DNA from: Eubacteriales bacterium
GTDB lineage: Bacteria > Bacillota > Clostridia > Oscillospirales > CAG-272
Direction of reading: 5' to 3'
DNA length: 64,000 nt
Assembly: GCA_045122255.1 (NCBI GenBank)
Contig: JBGVHJ010000130.1
Location: forward strand, 2,208-66,207
The position numbers and the translations under genes were made by a program. Positions 43,480-53,810 of the stretch are shown here, piece after piece (the first letter of the stretch is position 1; every line of letters starts with the position of its first letter). The notes beneath the pieces were generated by a model that had not been told where the DNA came from, searched no databases, and was given only the letters and a program-made list of their open reading frames with translations.

Positions 43480-44321
43480 ATTCTCTCCAAAATTTCCTTT
43501 ATCTTATCGACCGCATCCGCGAAGGCATCCTGCAGCGTGTCATATTTGTATGGGTTGTCAAATCCTCTGCCGGTCAGGGCATTCAGACCCGAAAAGGTCT
43601 GCAGATGCGGCTCAAGAGTAACGAAGGTCTGTCTGCCGTTCTTAGCGAAGAGTCCGAGTATCTCCTCGATCCTCGCCTCTCCCTTTCCGGGAGGAACGAT
43701 AGCGCCCGCAGCAAGCGCGTCCTTGATGTGGAAATAATCGATATAGGGGCAAAGCAGACGGTACGCCTTCATCGGATCATAGCCTTCAAGAGCGAAATTG
43801 CCCATATCGAAGACACAACCGAGTCTGCCGCCGAAATATTCAAGCAGCTCAAGACAGTTTTCTGGCTGCTCGCCGAATATTTTAGCCTCGTTCTCGTGGC
43901 AGAGTCTGACACCGTATTTTTCGGCAATATCGATCATCTTCCCTACAGTTTCAAAGACCTTATCCTTATAATCAAGGATATTTTTGCCCTTTGGAGGGTA
44001 GAAGCTGAACATACGGACGTATGGTGCGCCAAGCGTTTTGGCAATATGACAAACTCTTTCGGTCTTTTTAAGATGCGCATCAAGATCTCCGTCAATAGTG
44101 ATCTTGCCGAGAGGCGAGCCGATCGAATTTACCTTTATTCCGTATTTATCCAATAGACTCTTCAGGTTATCGATCTCGCAATCGTTCATATCCGAAACGT
44201 TCTTTTTATCGGCAAAACGAAGCTCTATATGAGTGATACCGAAGACACCGAGAGCGATAAGCTGCTTCTCAAGCTCAGGGCAGTATTCGTCGGCAAACGC
44301 AGATAAAATATACTTTTCCAT
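43476..44321 (-). CDS. sugar phosphate isomerase/epimerase (xylose isomerase-like TIM barrel)
   Basis: The AP-endonuclease-2/TIM pattern is GITHIELRF..VNSIGSP..VRMFSF..LCHENE..FDMGNF. Confidence 0.75.
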   Translation of the reverse strand: MEKYILSAFADEYCPELEKQLIALGVFGITHIELRFADKKNVSDMNDCEIDNLKSLLDKYGIKVNSIGSPLGKITIDGDLDAHLKKTERVCHIAKTLGAPYVRMFSFYPPKGKNILDYKDKVFETVGKMIDIAEKYGVRLCHENEAKIFGEQPENCLELLEYFGGRLGCVFDMGNFALEGYDPMKAYRLLCPYIDYFHIKDALAAGAIVPPGKGEARIEEILGLFAKNGRQTFVTLEPHLQTFSGLNALTGRGFDNPYKYDTLQDAFADAVDKIKEILERI

Positions 44322-45193
44322 CAGACGGTAAACCTCTTTACTTTCTCTTCTTTTCCGCTATCCATCGATCTTTCGATAGCATTCATAACAAAAACGGGTG
44401 CGATAAAATCCTCATAGCTCAAGGGCTGCTCTCCGCCCGAAAGAAGCTTGTAGAACTCCATAAATTCATTATAGAAGCACTTATTGCCCGAAAGAGAGAT
44501 CTCCGCTCCTACGTTGCTCTTTTCAGCGAAGCGCGCGGCATAATAGAGATAGTTGTTGTAAACAAACAGACCCGAAACGTCGTAATTTTCATAATGGAAT
44601 ACCACGCTTATACCGTCGGAATGTTTTTTTGCCGAAACAGACACGGGGTATCTGCCGAAAATCTTCATTACCATCTCGGTAAGGTGCTGAGCATAGAAAT
44701 AGATACCGCCGTATTTTTCGTCGGCATTCATAGGTGCTCTGACAAATCCACCCAGTGTCTTGCCGTCCACCTCATTTTTTGCGTCCTCGGCAAGCTTGCA
44801 GACAAGCTCCTCCTTTGCCAGCGATGAGCCACCGCTGACCCTCACGGATGCGCCCTTCAGCAATCCTGCAAGCTCAATAGCCTCGTCCTCCTTGATGGTA
44901 ATAGGCTTATCGATAAACATAGGAACTCCGCTCTCTATATAAGGGCGCGCGTATTTCAGGTGGTTGTCACCGTGTCGCGCGGTTATGATAACACCGTCCA
45001 CCTGACCCACCGCCTCGTCATAGCTTTCCATCACCTTGACGTTAAATATCTTGGCAAGTCTTGCCGCAGGAGCCTCTTCGTCACTGTAGATTCCGATGAC
45101 CTCAACGTCGGAAAACTCGGGCATTTTCTTGATAAAATTCAAAAACTGATCGGCATGAGAATTTTCACAGCCGAGAATAACTACTTTTTTCAT
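44321..45193 (-). CDS. Gfo/Idh/MocA family oxidoreductase
   Basis: The N-terminal Rossmann is KKVVILGCENSHADQFL, with family-typical length and context. Confidence 0.7.
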   Translation of the reverse strand: MKKVVILGCENSHADQFLNFIKKMPEFSDVEVIGIYSDEEAPAARLAKIFNVKVMESYDEAVGQVDGVIITARHGDNHLKYARPYIESGVPMFIDKPITIKEDEAIELAGLLKGASVRVSGGSSLAKEELVCKLAEDAKNEVDGKTLGGFVRAPMNADEKYGGIYFYAQHLTEMVMKIFGRYPVSVSAKKHSDGISVVFHYENYDVSGLFVYNNYLYYAARFAEKSNVGAEISLSGNKCFYNEFMEFYKLLSGGEQPLSYEDFIAPVFVMNAIERSMDSGKEEKVKRFTV

Positions 45194-45203
45194 ATTTACC
45201 TCA

Positions 45204-46283
45204 TCAAATATACTTTACAGGCAGAGGGTTCTGCGCGTGAACCGTCTCGATCACGCCGATGATCTTCGCGGCGATCTCAGCCGTGGCATACATCTCCTTG
45301 CCCTCGGTGAGCTTTTCGTAAAGCTCTCTGTAAAATTCGCTTGAGCCTACGTCAAAGGGAGTGCCGTTGAATTTGTCAGCCTCAACGTGCTTTTTAAGCG
45401 CCTCTCCGCAATAAGCGGGCATTCTGTTGGCATTCTCCAGGAAGTGCTCGATAACCGGTCTTTCGGGATTCTCGCCTTCAACGATATAAGTCATTTCATA
45501 CTCCGCGATCTTGCATTTAAGCGTTCCGCGTGTTCCGAGGATCTTTACGTTATAGTCGATATAGGCATCGTTTGAGCAGACCTCAACGTCGACCACGGGC
45601 TTATCCTTTGCGGTGAGAATTATCTTGGCGTAATCGTCTCCGTCTCCGCTTGTAAGCGCAGTGCCGAGGCGGCTGAATTCCACCTTCGCGTCATCGGCAA
45701 AGTCCAGATATCCAAGAGCCAGACCTACGGGGTGAGGGCCGGTATTATAAAGTCCTCCCGCGCACTTTTTCTGCAGAGTCTGCCAATCCCAGCGTCTCGC
45801 AAAGCCGTTGAAGCGTACGCTTACCTGCTTGATCTCACCAAGCGTGCCGTCAGCGATCTTTTCAAGGGTGAAACGGTAATAAGGCGCGTAGAAGCTCTGC
45901 TGGAATACCGAAACGGTAACCCCCTTCTGCTTTGCTATCTCAATAAGCTCGTCACACTGATATCTGAGTCTCGAGAAAGGCTTTTCAACCAAAACGTTAA
46001 AGCCGTGAAGCAAAAGGTCCTTGGTTATAGAATAATGCTGATCCGAATAAGAGGCATTGACTACAAGATCCACGTCTTCAACGTCAAAAAGCTCGGTATA
46101 ATTTGCAAACACACGGCAGCCCTCGTACTCGCCGAGAGCTCTGTTTCTTCGAAATTCATCTTCTTCGACTATATATTTTACGTTATAATAAACGTTTGCA
46201 TCGGAATGAAAATACTTGCCGTGAATATCTCTTCCGCTTCTTCCCTGTCCGATAATTGCAACGTTCAGTTTTTTTACTTCCAT
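45204..46283 (-). CDS. Gfo/Idh/MocA family oxidoreductase
   Basis: LNVAIIGQGRSGRDIHG..VLVEKPF are the Rossmann and EKP motifs. Confidence 0.82.
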   Translation of the reverse strand: MEVKKLNVAIIGQGRSGRDIHGKYFHSDANVYYNVKYIVEEDEFRRNRALGEYEGCRVFANYTELFDVEDVDLVVNASYSDQHYSITKDLLLHGFNVLVEKPFSRLRYQCDELIEIAKQKGVTVSVFQQSFYAPYYRFTLEKIADGTLGEIKQVSVRFNGFARRWDWQTLQKKCAGGLYNTGPHPVGLALGYLDFADDAKVEFSRLGTALTSGDGDDYAKIILTAKDKPVVDVEVCSNDAYIDYNVKILGTRGTLKCKIAEYEMTYIVEGENPERPVIEHFLENANRMPAYCGEALKKHVEADKFNGTPFDVGSSEFYRELYEKLTEGKEMYATAEIAAKIIGVIETVHAQNPLPVKYI

Positions 46284-46432
46284 TTTTCCGCATCCTTTCG
46301 GTTTTTCAGAGAAATATACTCTGTTATTTTATTATATAATACATAAAAACAAATGTAAATTGCAAATAATGCATTTTTATATTGCAAAAACTGAACAGAT
46401 GTGGTATTATAATATTGAATGGAGGCGATAGA

Positions 46433-47254
46433 ATGTATAAGGAATACGGATTTAAAAACAAGGAGCTTTTTTACAAGCACGTTACGACTCCCGCCAAGGA
46501 TTGCTCCTCCTTTGCGATCCACACCCACAATATGTACGAGCTTTTGTATTTCGTGGGAGGGAATGCCGTGGGAGCTATTGAGGATAAGCGTTACAGATTA
46601 AAAAAAGGGGATCTTATGCTGATCCGCCCTATGAAATATCATTTTATCGAGATCGATCCCACCGCAGACTACGAAAGATACGATATTCTGTTTGACGAGC
46701 GCTCCGTTGGAATAAGATTTACCGATATGATACCCGACGGTACTGAAATTATAAATATCGGCGAAAATCCCACGGCGGCTGATATTTTCAAAAAGCTGGA
46801 TATCTATTATTCAAAGCTTTCGAGGGATGATTTCTCCGACGTACTGCCCATTCTTATTAAAGAGCTGTTTTATTCCCTGAAGATAGCGCAGGTCGCCGAC
46901 AAGCGTGAGATCAAGGAAATTAATCCCACTGTTTCTGCCGCACTGAGGTACATAAACAACAATCTGTTCACGCTGAAGAGCATATCGGAGGTCGCGGAGG
47001 CACTGTTTATCACCGAGAGCTATCTTTACAGAATTTTTAAGAGTGAGCTTCACAAGAGCCCCAAGAAATACATCAACGACAAGCGTCTTCTCGCCGCGCA
47101 AAGCCTTATACAGATGGGCGAAAAGCCCACAGAAATATACGAAAGGTGCGGCTTTTCGGACTACACCGCATTTTTCAGAAGCTATAAGGAGTATTTCGGC
47201 TATTCGCCCTCCAAGGAGCAGGATTACACCTACGGTTTTGAGGATACACACTAA
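46433..47254 (+). CDS. AraC family transcriptional regulator
   Basis: It has an N-terminal cupin-like domain and a C-terminal dual HTH (ISEVAEALFITESYLYRIFK..CGFSDYTAFFRSYKEYFGYSP). A GGAGG RBS precedes ATG 46433. It is divergent from the amino-sugar operon. Confidence 0.88.
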   Translation: MYKEYGFKNKELFYKHVTTPAKDCSSFAIHTHNMYELLYFVGGNAVGAIEDKRYRLKKGDLMLIRPMKYHFIEIDPTADYERYDILFDERSVGIRFTDMIPDGTEIINIGENPTAADIFKKLDIYYSKLSRDDFSDVLPILIKELFYSLKIAQVADKREIKEINPTVSAALRYINNNLFTLKSISEVAEALFITESYLYRIFKSELHKSPKKYINDKRLLAAQSLIQMGEKPTEIYERCGFSDYTAFFRSYKEYFGYSPSKEQDYTYGFEDTH

Positions 47255-47287
47255 CAAAAATCGCCGTTTTCACGGCGATTTTTGTGT

Positions 47288-49129
47288 TCATTTAGTTTTA
47301 GGTAATTCCGTCACTCTCAGCTTAGCGCAACCGTAGGGATGCAGTTCAACGGATACGGGAGCATCCAGAGCCTTGCGACTGAAGGGAGACTTTGCGCAAA
47401 CGCGGTCGAATCTCGGCTCGTGCCTCCAATCGATATGCGAAAGGCTTGCCACAAGCTTCACGGGCGGATTCTTTGACGAGAAGGGATAGCCGTCGGACGT
47501 GCATTCGCACTCCTTAACATCAAGCTCATCAGATGCAAATCCGTAGTTCCAATCAGATATTCTCTTTAAATGGTAGTCACAGTAAGGGAATTTCCTCTCA
47601 ACGCCCGCTCTCGTATACTCGACCTTCTTGCTTTCAAAATCCACGGGAACCGAGAACAAAAGTGAGCCGCGGCGCGCGGTATACATGCCGTCCGGACGGG
47701 AAATAAGAGCAGCCGACACGTCATAGGAGACCGAAATGAGGGTCTCGCCTGCCTCAAAGCCGCCGAAATTCAGCATCTGTCTCTTGGAGACTGATTCCCC
47801 GTTGACCTTGATATTTTTTGCAAAGCTCGGGATACGCACATGCAGCTTCATAGAGGTTTTCTTATCCGATTTTACGCGATACGTAAAGGAATTTTTGAAG
47901 GGATAATCGGTTTCAAGGGAGACCTCAATATTCGCACCTCTGTATTTAAAATTCACAACCGAGGCAAGCGGAATTGCGGAAACCACTCCGTCACGCGCTC
48001 TCATAAAGGTGGAAAGCGCAAGCTTAGGCCAGCCCTGACCGAAATTCGAGGTGCAGCAGCCGTAATGTGGCTCAAGTCCGAACTCGTGTGCGTGCATATC
48101 GTTGGTTCCGAATATCGGGTTGCCGCCAAAAGGCGTGCAATCGATCTGGTTGACCATCTGAACGTACTGATGCGCCCACATATCGTCGGTAAAGGTCGCA
48201 GGTAGCGCGTTGAATGCCTGAAGCTCAAGCAGCTCCGCCCACTTTTTGTCACCTGTTACGGCATAAAGCCACTCGCAGGAATACATAAGCTCAACCACGG
48301 CACAAAGCTCGGTGCCCTGTATGGGAGACACGCCCGACAGACATTCGTCACCGGTGTAAATTCCCGTGACGGTACCGTTGTATTTTTTCAGTGCCGCATC
48401 GAGGCGGTCGGCAATACCGGTATAGCTCTCACCAAGCAGCTCGCAGGAGATCGCCTCGCTCTTCAGCATCATACAAAGGTTTACAATATGAGTATCAAAG
48501 CTCCAGCGGTTGGAGGGGGATTTCCAAAGCTCGGTCAAGGCTTCGTAGTCTGTTCCCTGCTCCTTGAGTATTTTAGCAAGATCGGTGACCCAAGTCTCCT
48601 CGGGGTATCTTTCTTTTATAAAGCGGATCGCTACAAAACACTCAAACCAACGGTATTTTCCCCAGTTAAAAAGCTTGATCTTGCCATCGCGCAAAAGCTC
48701 GTAGTAATTTTTAAGTGTCTTTCGTATGACCTCCGGCACTCTTTCGTCGCCCGAGCATTGATAATATACGGTCAGCACCTTGGTGAGAAGCGAGATAGCC
48801 CAGGTGTCATACCATTCCCTTGGAGTTTTTCCGTTGGGGCATATCCAACCGTCTTCCTGCTGATTCTCTATTATCCTGTCGATATATTTTTTAGCGCGCG
48901 CCTTTTTGTCCTCGTCATCGAGAAGATACGCCATAGGAATAAAGCCGTCCAGCCAATAGGGCACTCGCTCCCAGCCCTCGCGGTCTCCGCCTATCCACGC
49001 GCTGTCTCGGACGTCAGGCCAGACCTTGTCAAGATTTCCGCAGAGTCCGTCCGCCTGTATCTCAAGCTGACGGCGAAGCCATCCCGCACTTTTCAACTCG
49101 TTGCTTGTAAAAAAAGAATACTTATCCAT
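47288..49129 (-). CDS. glycoside hydrolase, probably family 127-like (DUF1680/beta-L-arabinofuranosidase-like)
   Basis: The N-terminal GWLRRQLEIQADGLCGNLDKVWPDV..SAWIGGDREGWERVPYWLDGFIPMAYLL resembles the GH127-related family as I remember it. The assignment is not verified. Confidence 0.6.
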   Translation of the reverse strand: MDKYSFFTSNELKSAGWLRRQLEIQADGLCGNLDKVWPDVRDSAWIGGDREGWERVPYWLDGFIPMAYLLDDEDKKARAKKYIDRIIENQQEDGWICPNGKTPREWYDTWAISLLTKVLTVYYQCSGDERVPEVIRKTLKNYYELLRDGKIKLFNWGKYRWFECFVAIRFIKERYPEETWVTDLAKILKEQGTDYEALTELWKSPSNRWSFDTHIVNLCMMLKSEAISCELLGESYTGIADRLDAALKKYNGTVTGIYTGDECLSGVSPIQGTELCAVVELMYSCEWLYAVTGDKKWAELLELQAFNALPATFTDDMWAHQYVQMVNQIDCTPFGGNPIFGTNDMHAHEFGLEPHYGCCTSNFGQGWPKLALSTFMRARDGVVSAIPLASVVNFKYRGANIEVSLETDYPFKNSFTYRVKSDKKTSMKLHVRIPSFAKNIKVNGESVSKRQMLNFGGFEAGETLISVSYDVSAALISRPDGMYTARRGSLLFSVPVDFESKKVEYTRAGVERKFPYCDYHLKRISDWNYGFASDELDVKECECTSDGYPFSSKNPPVKLVASLSHIDWRHEPRFDRVCAKSPFSRKALDAPVSVELHPYGCAKLRVTELPKTK

Positions 49130-49267
49130 GCCACAATACCGCCTTTTCGGAATTTTATATTGACATTAAGCCTTATATAATATATAATTATGATAACACA
49201 CCGCGAAAAGGAATGCAATAGCATCTATCGGTAAAAACATTGCAAAAAACGACTTTTTGGAGGGATC

Positions 49268-50023
49268 ATGAAGCTTCATCATTCACCGGTACCCGATTAT
49301 TATATTTGCGCAAAAAAGGTTTTTGAGGTCGGAGAGGAGCACGTAACGAGGATATACGGCAGAAGCGTGCTTATTCTGATGCTTTCGGGAAATCTTCGTT
49401 TTTTAGAGAACGGCGAGCCCGTTTCCCTTGAAAAGGGCGAATTTTACATTCAACAGCAAAGGATCTTGCAGGAGGGTCTGCCTCTCGACGATCCGCCCAC
49501 ATATTATTACATCGAATTCAACGGACATTTTTCAAGCGAAGGAGCTCTTCCGCTGAGAGGTCGGTTTGATTCCAATATAATAATGCCGCTTTTTGAGGAG
49601 ATGCTTAACTCGGGCAACGGATTTTTTAAAAATGCGCAGCTGAACCGCATACTTGCCATGCTTTCGGGCGAGTATGAGAGCAACGGCTCGACGGCGCATC
49701 TCGTCAAGCGCTATATCGACTCTAACTACGCGTCCCCCATAACGGTCACCGATATCGCAGATCACTTTGGATACAGTCAGGATCATATCACCAGAATATT
49801 CAAAAAGGAATTCGGGATCACACCGCATAAGCGTCTGACCGAGGTAAGACTTAAGCAGGCGGTATGGCTCCTGCAGAACACCGACATTTCGATAGAACGC
49901 ATTTCCGCGGCGGTCGGATTTGCCGATTTTTCGGTCTTTTGGCGCGCATTCAAGAAAAAATATTTCCTCTCCCCAAGAGAGATCCGGAGCTCCGTTGATT
50001 CTGCCGCGTCAAAACACAACTAA
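49268..50023 (+). CDS. AraC family transcriptional regulator
   Basis: The C-terminal HTH pair is VTDIADHFGYSQDHITRIFKKEFG..AVGFADFSVFWRAFKKKY. Confidence 0.85.
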   Translation: MKLHHSPVPDYYICAKKVFEVGEEHVTRIYGRSVLILMLSGNLRFLENGEPVSLEKGEFYIQQQRILQEGLPLDDPPTYYYIEFNGHFSSEGALPLRGRFDSNIIMPLFEEMLNSGNGFFKNAQLNRILAMLSGEYESNGSTAHLVKRYIDSNYASPITVTDIADHFGYSQDHITRIFKKEFGITPHKRLTEVRLKQAVWLLQNTDISIERISAAVGFADFSVFWRAFKKKYFLSPREIRSSVDSAASKHN

Positions 50024-50034
50024 TAAAATGATTC

Positions 50035-50064
50035 AAAAAAGCCTTGTAACACAAGGCTTTTTTG
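50035..50064 (+). terminator. Intrinsic terminator after the AraC gene
   Basis: AAAAAGCCUUGU-AAC-ACAAGGCUUUUUU. Confidence 0.85.
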
Positions 50065-50301
50065 AATTCTACCGATAGTAGAATCGGGATTTCACCCGTG
50101 GTAGAGTCTGCTTTTTCAATTTGTAGAGCCACTCGCGCAAAGGGTTTATTGACTTTCGCCGTCAACCGGCATATTATATTTTCAGGGCAAGCATCACGCT
50201 TGCCCCACGCTTATATTATGTAAAAGAAAACCTTAGCTGAAAGACAAGATCGCCGTTTTGCAACCGAAACGGTTATTTTGTTGGAAAGGATAAATCCGCA
50301 A

Positions 50302-51264
50302 ATGAAAAATCAGTGCCAAGCAAAAGAGATCATACCAATATTCTTTGCCGTAGACGACAACTACGCGCCCTATCTTTCGGTCACTCTGAGATCCCTTATT
50401 GAAAACAGTTCAAATGAAAACGTTTACGATATCAATATCCTCATAGAAGAGCTTTCCGACAGGAACGTCAAAAGCATTCTGACAATGCAGACCGAGAACG
50501 TGAAAATAAAATTCGTTTCGGTCACCGAAAAGCTTCGCGCCCTCTGCAGGAAGCTGCACATGAGAGATTATTATACCAAGGCTACCTATTACCGCTTTTT
50601 TATCCCCGAGCTTTTCCCCGAGTGCGAAAAGGGGCTTTATCTTGATTGCGATATAGTATTGACCGCAGACGCGGCAGAGTTATATCACACCGAGCTTGGC
50701 GATAATTATATCGCCGCTATCCCCGAGGAATTCATTACCGACGTTGAGGTGTTTGGACTTTATTCCGAAAAGGTTCTGGGCGTTCCCAGGCAGGAATATA
50801 TAAATGCCGGAATTCTCGTTATGAATCTCGAAATGATGAGACGGGATCACGTCAAGGAGCAATTCGCCTCCCTGCTCGAAAGGGTTACCTACCGCGTAGC
50901 GCAGGATCAGGACTATCTTAACGTGATCTGCAAGGATAAAACGGTAATACTTGACAAGACCTGGAATCGCACTCCGATGCCCTATGCCGACCGAACCGTT
51001 ATGCCTAAGATCGCTCATTACAAGATCAATTTCAAGCCGTGGAAGTTTGACGGCATTCCTTTTGGCGAGCTTTTTTGGGAATACGCAAAGGCAACACCTT
51101 ATTTTGAAGAGCTGTTAGCATATAAAGCAGGCTACGGTGAGGATCTGAGGCTTCGTGACAAAAAGCAATACGAGGAGCTTGTCAAACTGGCACTCAGCGA
51201 AATCAACGAAAAGGAAAGAGAGCAGGAGATCTTCGACGACGCCATGCTCTTCGCGGTGAAATAA
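50302..51264 (+). CDS. glycosyltransferase family 8
   Basis: The motifs are IFFAVDDNYAPYLSVTLRSL, LYLDCDIVL (DxD) and NAGILVMNL. The start is set at ATG 50302. Confidence 0.85.
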   Translation: MKNQCQAKEIIPIFFAVDDNYAPYLSVTLRSLIENSSNENVYDINILIEELSDRNVKSILTMQTENVKIKFVSVTEKLRALCRKLHMRDYYTKATYYRFFIPELFPECEKGLYLDCDIVLTADAAELYHTELGDNYIAAIPEEFITDVEVFGLYSEKVLGVPRQEYINAGILVMNLEMMRRDHVKEQFASLLERVTYRVAQDQDYLNVICKDKTVILDKTWNRTPMPYADRTVMPKIAHYKINFKPWKFDGIPFGELFWEYAKATPYFEELLAYKAGYGEDLRLRDKKQYEELVKLALSEINEKEREQEIFDDAMLFAVK

Positions 51265-51265
51265 T

Positions 51266-52123
51266 ATGGCAATATCCCCCGAAACACAAAAGCTTTTAGA
51301 TAGGATCGATGAATTTGAAAAAAATGGGTGGTTTGACAAGGATATCAACGACGATCCGCCCACCCGTCCTCTCCGACCCGGTGAGGTCGACTACACCGGC
51401 AAGAAGCTCTCAACCCGAATAGGCACGAAAATCGCCAACAAGATCGGTCAGCGGCATTTTGAAAAGATGATGAAGAATGGCGACGTTGTCCTCAAGGAGA
51501 TACGCGGAAGCGAGAACCTGGCGGGGCTTAAGGACAAGGGAGTTCTTATAACCTGCAATCATTTCAGCGTTTTCGACAACTACGCGGTTCTCAAAGCGGT
51601 AGAGCCGATCCTCCACAAGCGAATCCTTTACAAAATAATCAGAGAGGGCAACTATACCTCCTTTCCGGGGCTCTACGGCTACCTATTCCGTCATTGCAAC
51701 ACACTTCCCCTCTCATCGAGCTACACCTGCTTAAAGGAGCTTATGGCGGCTATCCACACGCTTTTTTGTCGCAAGGAAAAAATTCTTATCTATCCCGAGC
51801 AGGGCATGTGGATGAATTACCGCAAGCCGCGCCCTCTTAAGCTTGGAAGCTTTCGCTTTGCCGTCAAGGAAAATGTTCCCGTCCTGCCGCTCTTTATCAC
51901 ACTGGAGGATACCGAAAGCACAGGCGGCGACGGACTCCCGATCCAGGCGTACACTGTTCATATACTTCCGCCCATTTACCCCGACAAAGGTCTTTCGGTG
52001 AGAGAAAACACCGAGATGATGTGCCGACGAAACTATCAGCTCTGGAAGGACACCTACGAATCCTTCTACGGCATCAAGCTTGAATACACTACAGATGGCG
52101 AGGTGTCTCCGTGCTCTATCTGA
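51266..52123 (+). CDS. lysophospholipid/1-acyl-glycerol-3-phosphate acyltransferase family protein
   Basis: It has the HxxxxD-type motif CNHFSVFDNY and IYPEQGMW (FPEGT-like). There is a 1-nt gap after the GT8 gene. Confidence 0.75.
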   Translation: MAISPETQKLLDRIDEFEKNGWFDKDINDDPPTRPLRPGEVDYTGKKLSTRIGTKIANKIGQRHFEKMMKNGDVVLKEIRGSENLAGLKDKGVLITCNHFSVFDNYAVLKAVEPILHKRILYKIIREGNYTSFPGLYGYLFRHCNTLPLSSSYTCLKELMAAIHTLFCRKEKILIYPEQGMWMNYRKPRPLKLGSFRFAVKENVPVLPLFITLEDTESTGGDGLPIQAYTVHILPPIYPDKGLSVRENTEMMCRRNYQLWKDTYESFYGIKLEYTTDGEVSPCSI

Positions 52124-52683
52124 TAATTATATTGATCGCAACCCTTCTTATCTGCGGGGTGAATCTCGTTTTTATGGTTCCCTTCTCGCTTTTGGAATTT
52201 GCCACCGTCGTCTTTTCAACTCTTCTCGGAGTGGTTGCGATTATTGCCATAGACGGCATTTCCGCGCTTATCATCCGAAGGCTAACTCCCACATCGTGGT
52301 ATTTCCCCGAAAGAAAGGCATTCAGAGTATCAAAAAAAGAACGTGATTTTTACAAAAAGCTCAAAATAAAGCAATGGAAGGACAAGGTTCCCGAGCTTGG
52401 CGGATTTACAAGCTTTCACAAGGATAAGCTTGTAAGCACCGACGACGAAGCTTATCTAGAGCGGTTTATTCTCGAGGCAAATTACGGCGTAGTAATACAT
52501 CTCGCAAATGCCATTCTCGGCTTTCTTATAGCCTTTATTCCTCTCTGCTCGTCTCCTTCTATCTGGATACCCATTGTTGCGGTCAATTTTATATTAAGTC
52601 TTCTCCCCGTCGCCATTTTGCGCTATACAAGCTACACGCTACACAATCTTTACGTAAGATGCAATAAAAAGAATAACAAATAG
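52111..52683 (+). CDS. membrane protein resembling glycosyl-4,4'-diaponeurosporenoate acyltransferase (CrtO-like)
   Basis: It has two N-terminal TMs, then WYFPERKAF..KIKQWKDKVPE..LEANYGVVIHLAN..ILRYTSYTL, similar in layout to staphylococcal CrtO as I remember it. It overlaps the upstream gene by 13 nt. Confidence 0.5.
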   Translation: MLYLIIILIATLLICGVNLVFMVPFSLLEFATVVFSTLLGVVAIIAIDGISALIIRRLTPTSWYFPERKAFRVSKKERDFYKKLKIKQWKDKVPELGGFTSFHKDKLVSTDDEAYLERFILEANYGVVIHLANAILGFLIAFIPLCSSPSIWIPIVAVNFILSLLPVAILRYTSYTLHNLYVRCNKKNNK

Positions 52684-52717
52684 CAAAATGCTCCCGCAAA
52701 CGCAGGAGCATTTTGAT

Positions 52718-53347
52718 TTATTTTTCTTTCTTTTCCATCAGTGACCAGAGAACGATTATGATCTGTCCCGGCACACCGAGAGCGTAAAATTGCCAGAAAT
52801 CCATACTGCAAAGCAATATGAGAGTAATGTGCAGCGCGATTATCAGCGACCACATCAGAAGCGATATGATCAAATAATTTCTTCTGCGGTTGAACCATAT
52901 CGAATTCAACACCAGCCAGACTATTGCGGAAACGGCAGGAGCATAAGCAAAGGCTAACCAATGTCCGACTATTCCGTCGGTGGAAAGATCTATAGAAAAG
53001 AATACTATGAGAGCTATGATCCATACCAGCACAACACTCATACCGGTAATGGTTCCGTGAGCCCTTTTCTTTTTTGCTATTTGCTTTTTAACGGCATCAT
53101 CATCCACGGGGAGTCCGTCCTGTCCCGGAGTAATAAGATAGTCCACGGTAACTCCGAAGATGTCGGCTATCTGCTTCAGCACCGATATATCGGGTACGGA
53201 CTCACCGCGTTCCCATTTGGAAATCGCTTTATCCGAATAATTCAGCTTCTCGGCAAGCTCTATCTGAGTCATGCCTCTTCCGCGGCGAAGCAGAACGATA
53301 TTTTCCGCGATTATTGCTTTAATGTCCTCCACAGAACTCACCTCCAA
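52718..53347 (-). CDS. XRE-family helix-turn-helix protein with C-terminal transmembrane region
   Basis: The HTH is LRRGRGMTQIELAEKLNYSDKAISKWERGESVPDISVLKQIADIFGVTVDYL, followed by 3-4 hydrophobic segments. Confidence 0.85.
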   Translation of the reverse strand: MEVSSVEDIKAIIAENIVLLRRGRGMTQIELAEKLNYSDKAISKWERGESVPDISVLKQIADIFGVTVDYLITPGQDGLPVDDDAVKKQIAKKKRAHGTITGMSVVLVWIIALIVFFSIDLSTDGIVGHWLAFAYAPAVSAIVWLVLNSIWFNRRRNYLIISLLMWSLIIALHITLILLCSMDFWQFYALGVPGQIIIVLWSLMEKKEK

Positions 53348-53374
53348 TCAAAAAGTCATTCGTAACGAGCAATT

Positions 53375-53809
53375 TTACCTTTTTATAAGCGATTTAAGCT
53401 TTCCCATCAGCCGTCTGCACGCTCTTCGCATTCCAAAGGTCGCAGTGCGGCATCTGTAATATAGCTTATAGCCTGCACCGTCAAGGTTCAGCTTTTTCTC
53501 GCCTCTCCATACCTCACTGAGCACACCGATCACGTCGTCATCCGTAACACCAGTCTCGCAAGTTATGCAATTGTCTCCGCAAAAGACGTATGAATCGGGC
53601 AATACCTTGACCACTCTGTGGAGCAGATACTTACCCTTGTAGCGGTAAAGCGCCACGTCATATTTTTTGAGCCTGCCCGAGACGGGAGTTATCACAACGG
53701 TATCCCGTCTGTCTCGGAGCATAGGCTTCATGCTGATGCCCGAGGTCGTACACACGTACATTCCGTCACGGGCGATCATCTCTTCTATTTTATCTTCACG
53801 GATCTCCAT
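53375..53809 (-). CDS. S24/S26-like (signal-peptidase/LexA-fold) peptidase family protein
   Basis: TTSGISMKPMLRDRRDTVVI..YDVALYRYKGKYLLHRVV has the SM(x)P serine motif and a K-containing strand. The ATG at 53809 lies 1 nt after the PqqD stop. The track ORF is over-extended. Confidence 0.6.
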   Translation of the reverse strand: MEIREDKIEEMIARDGMYVCTTSGISMKPMLRDRRDTVVITPVSGRLKKYDVALYRYKGKYLLHRVVKVLPDSYVFCGDNCITCETGVTDDDVIGVLSEVWRGEKKLNLDGAGYKLYYRCRTATFGMRRACRRLMGKLKSLIKR

Positions 53810-53810
53810 A

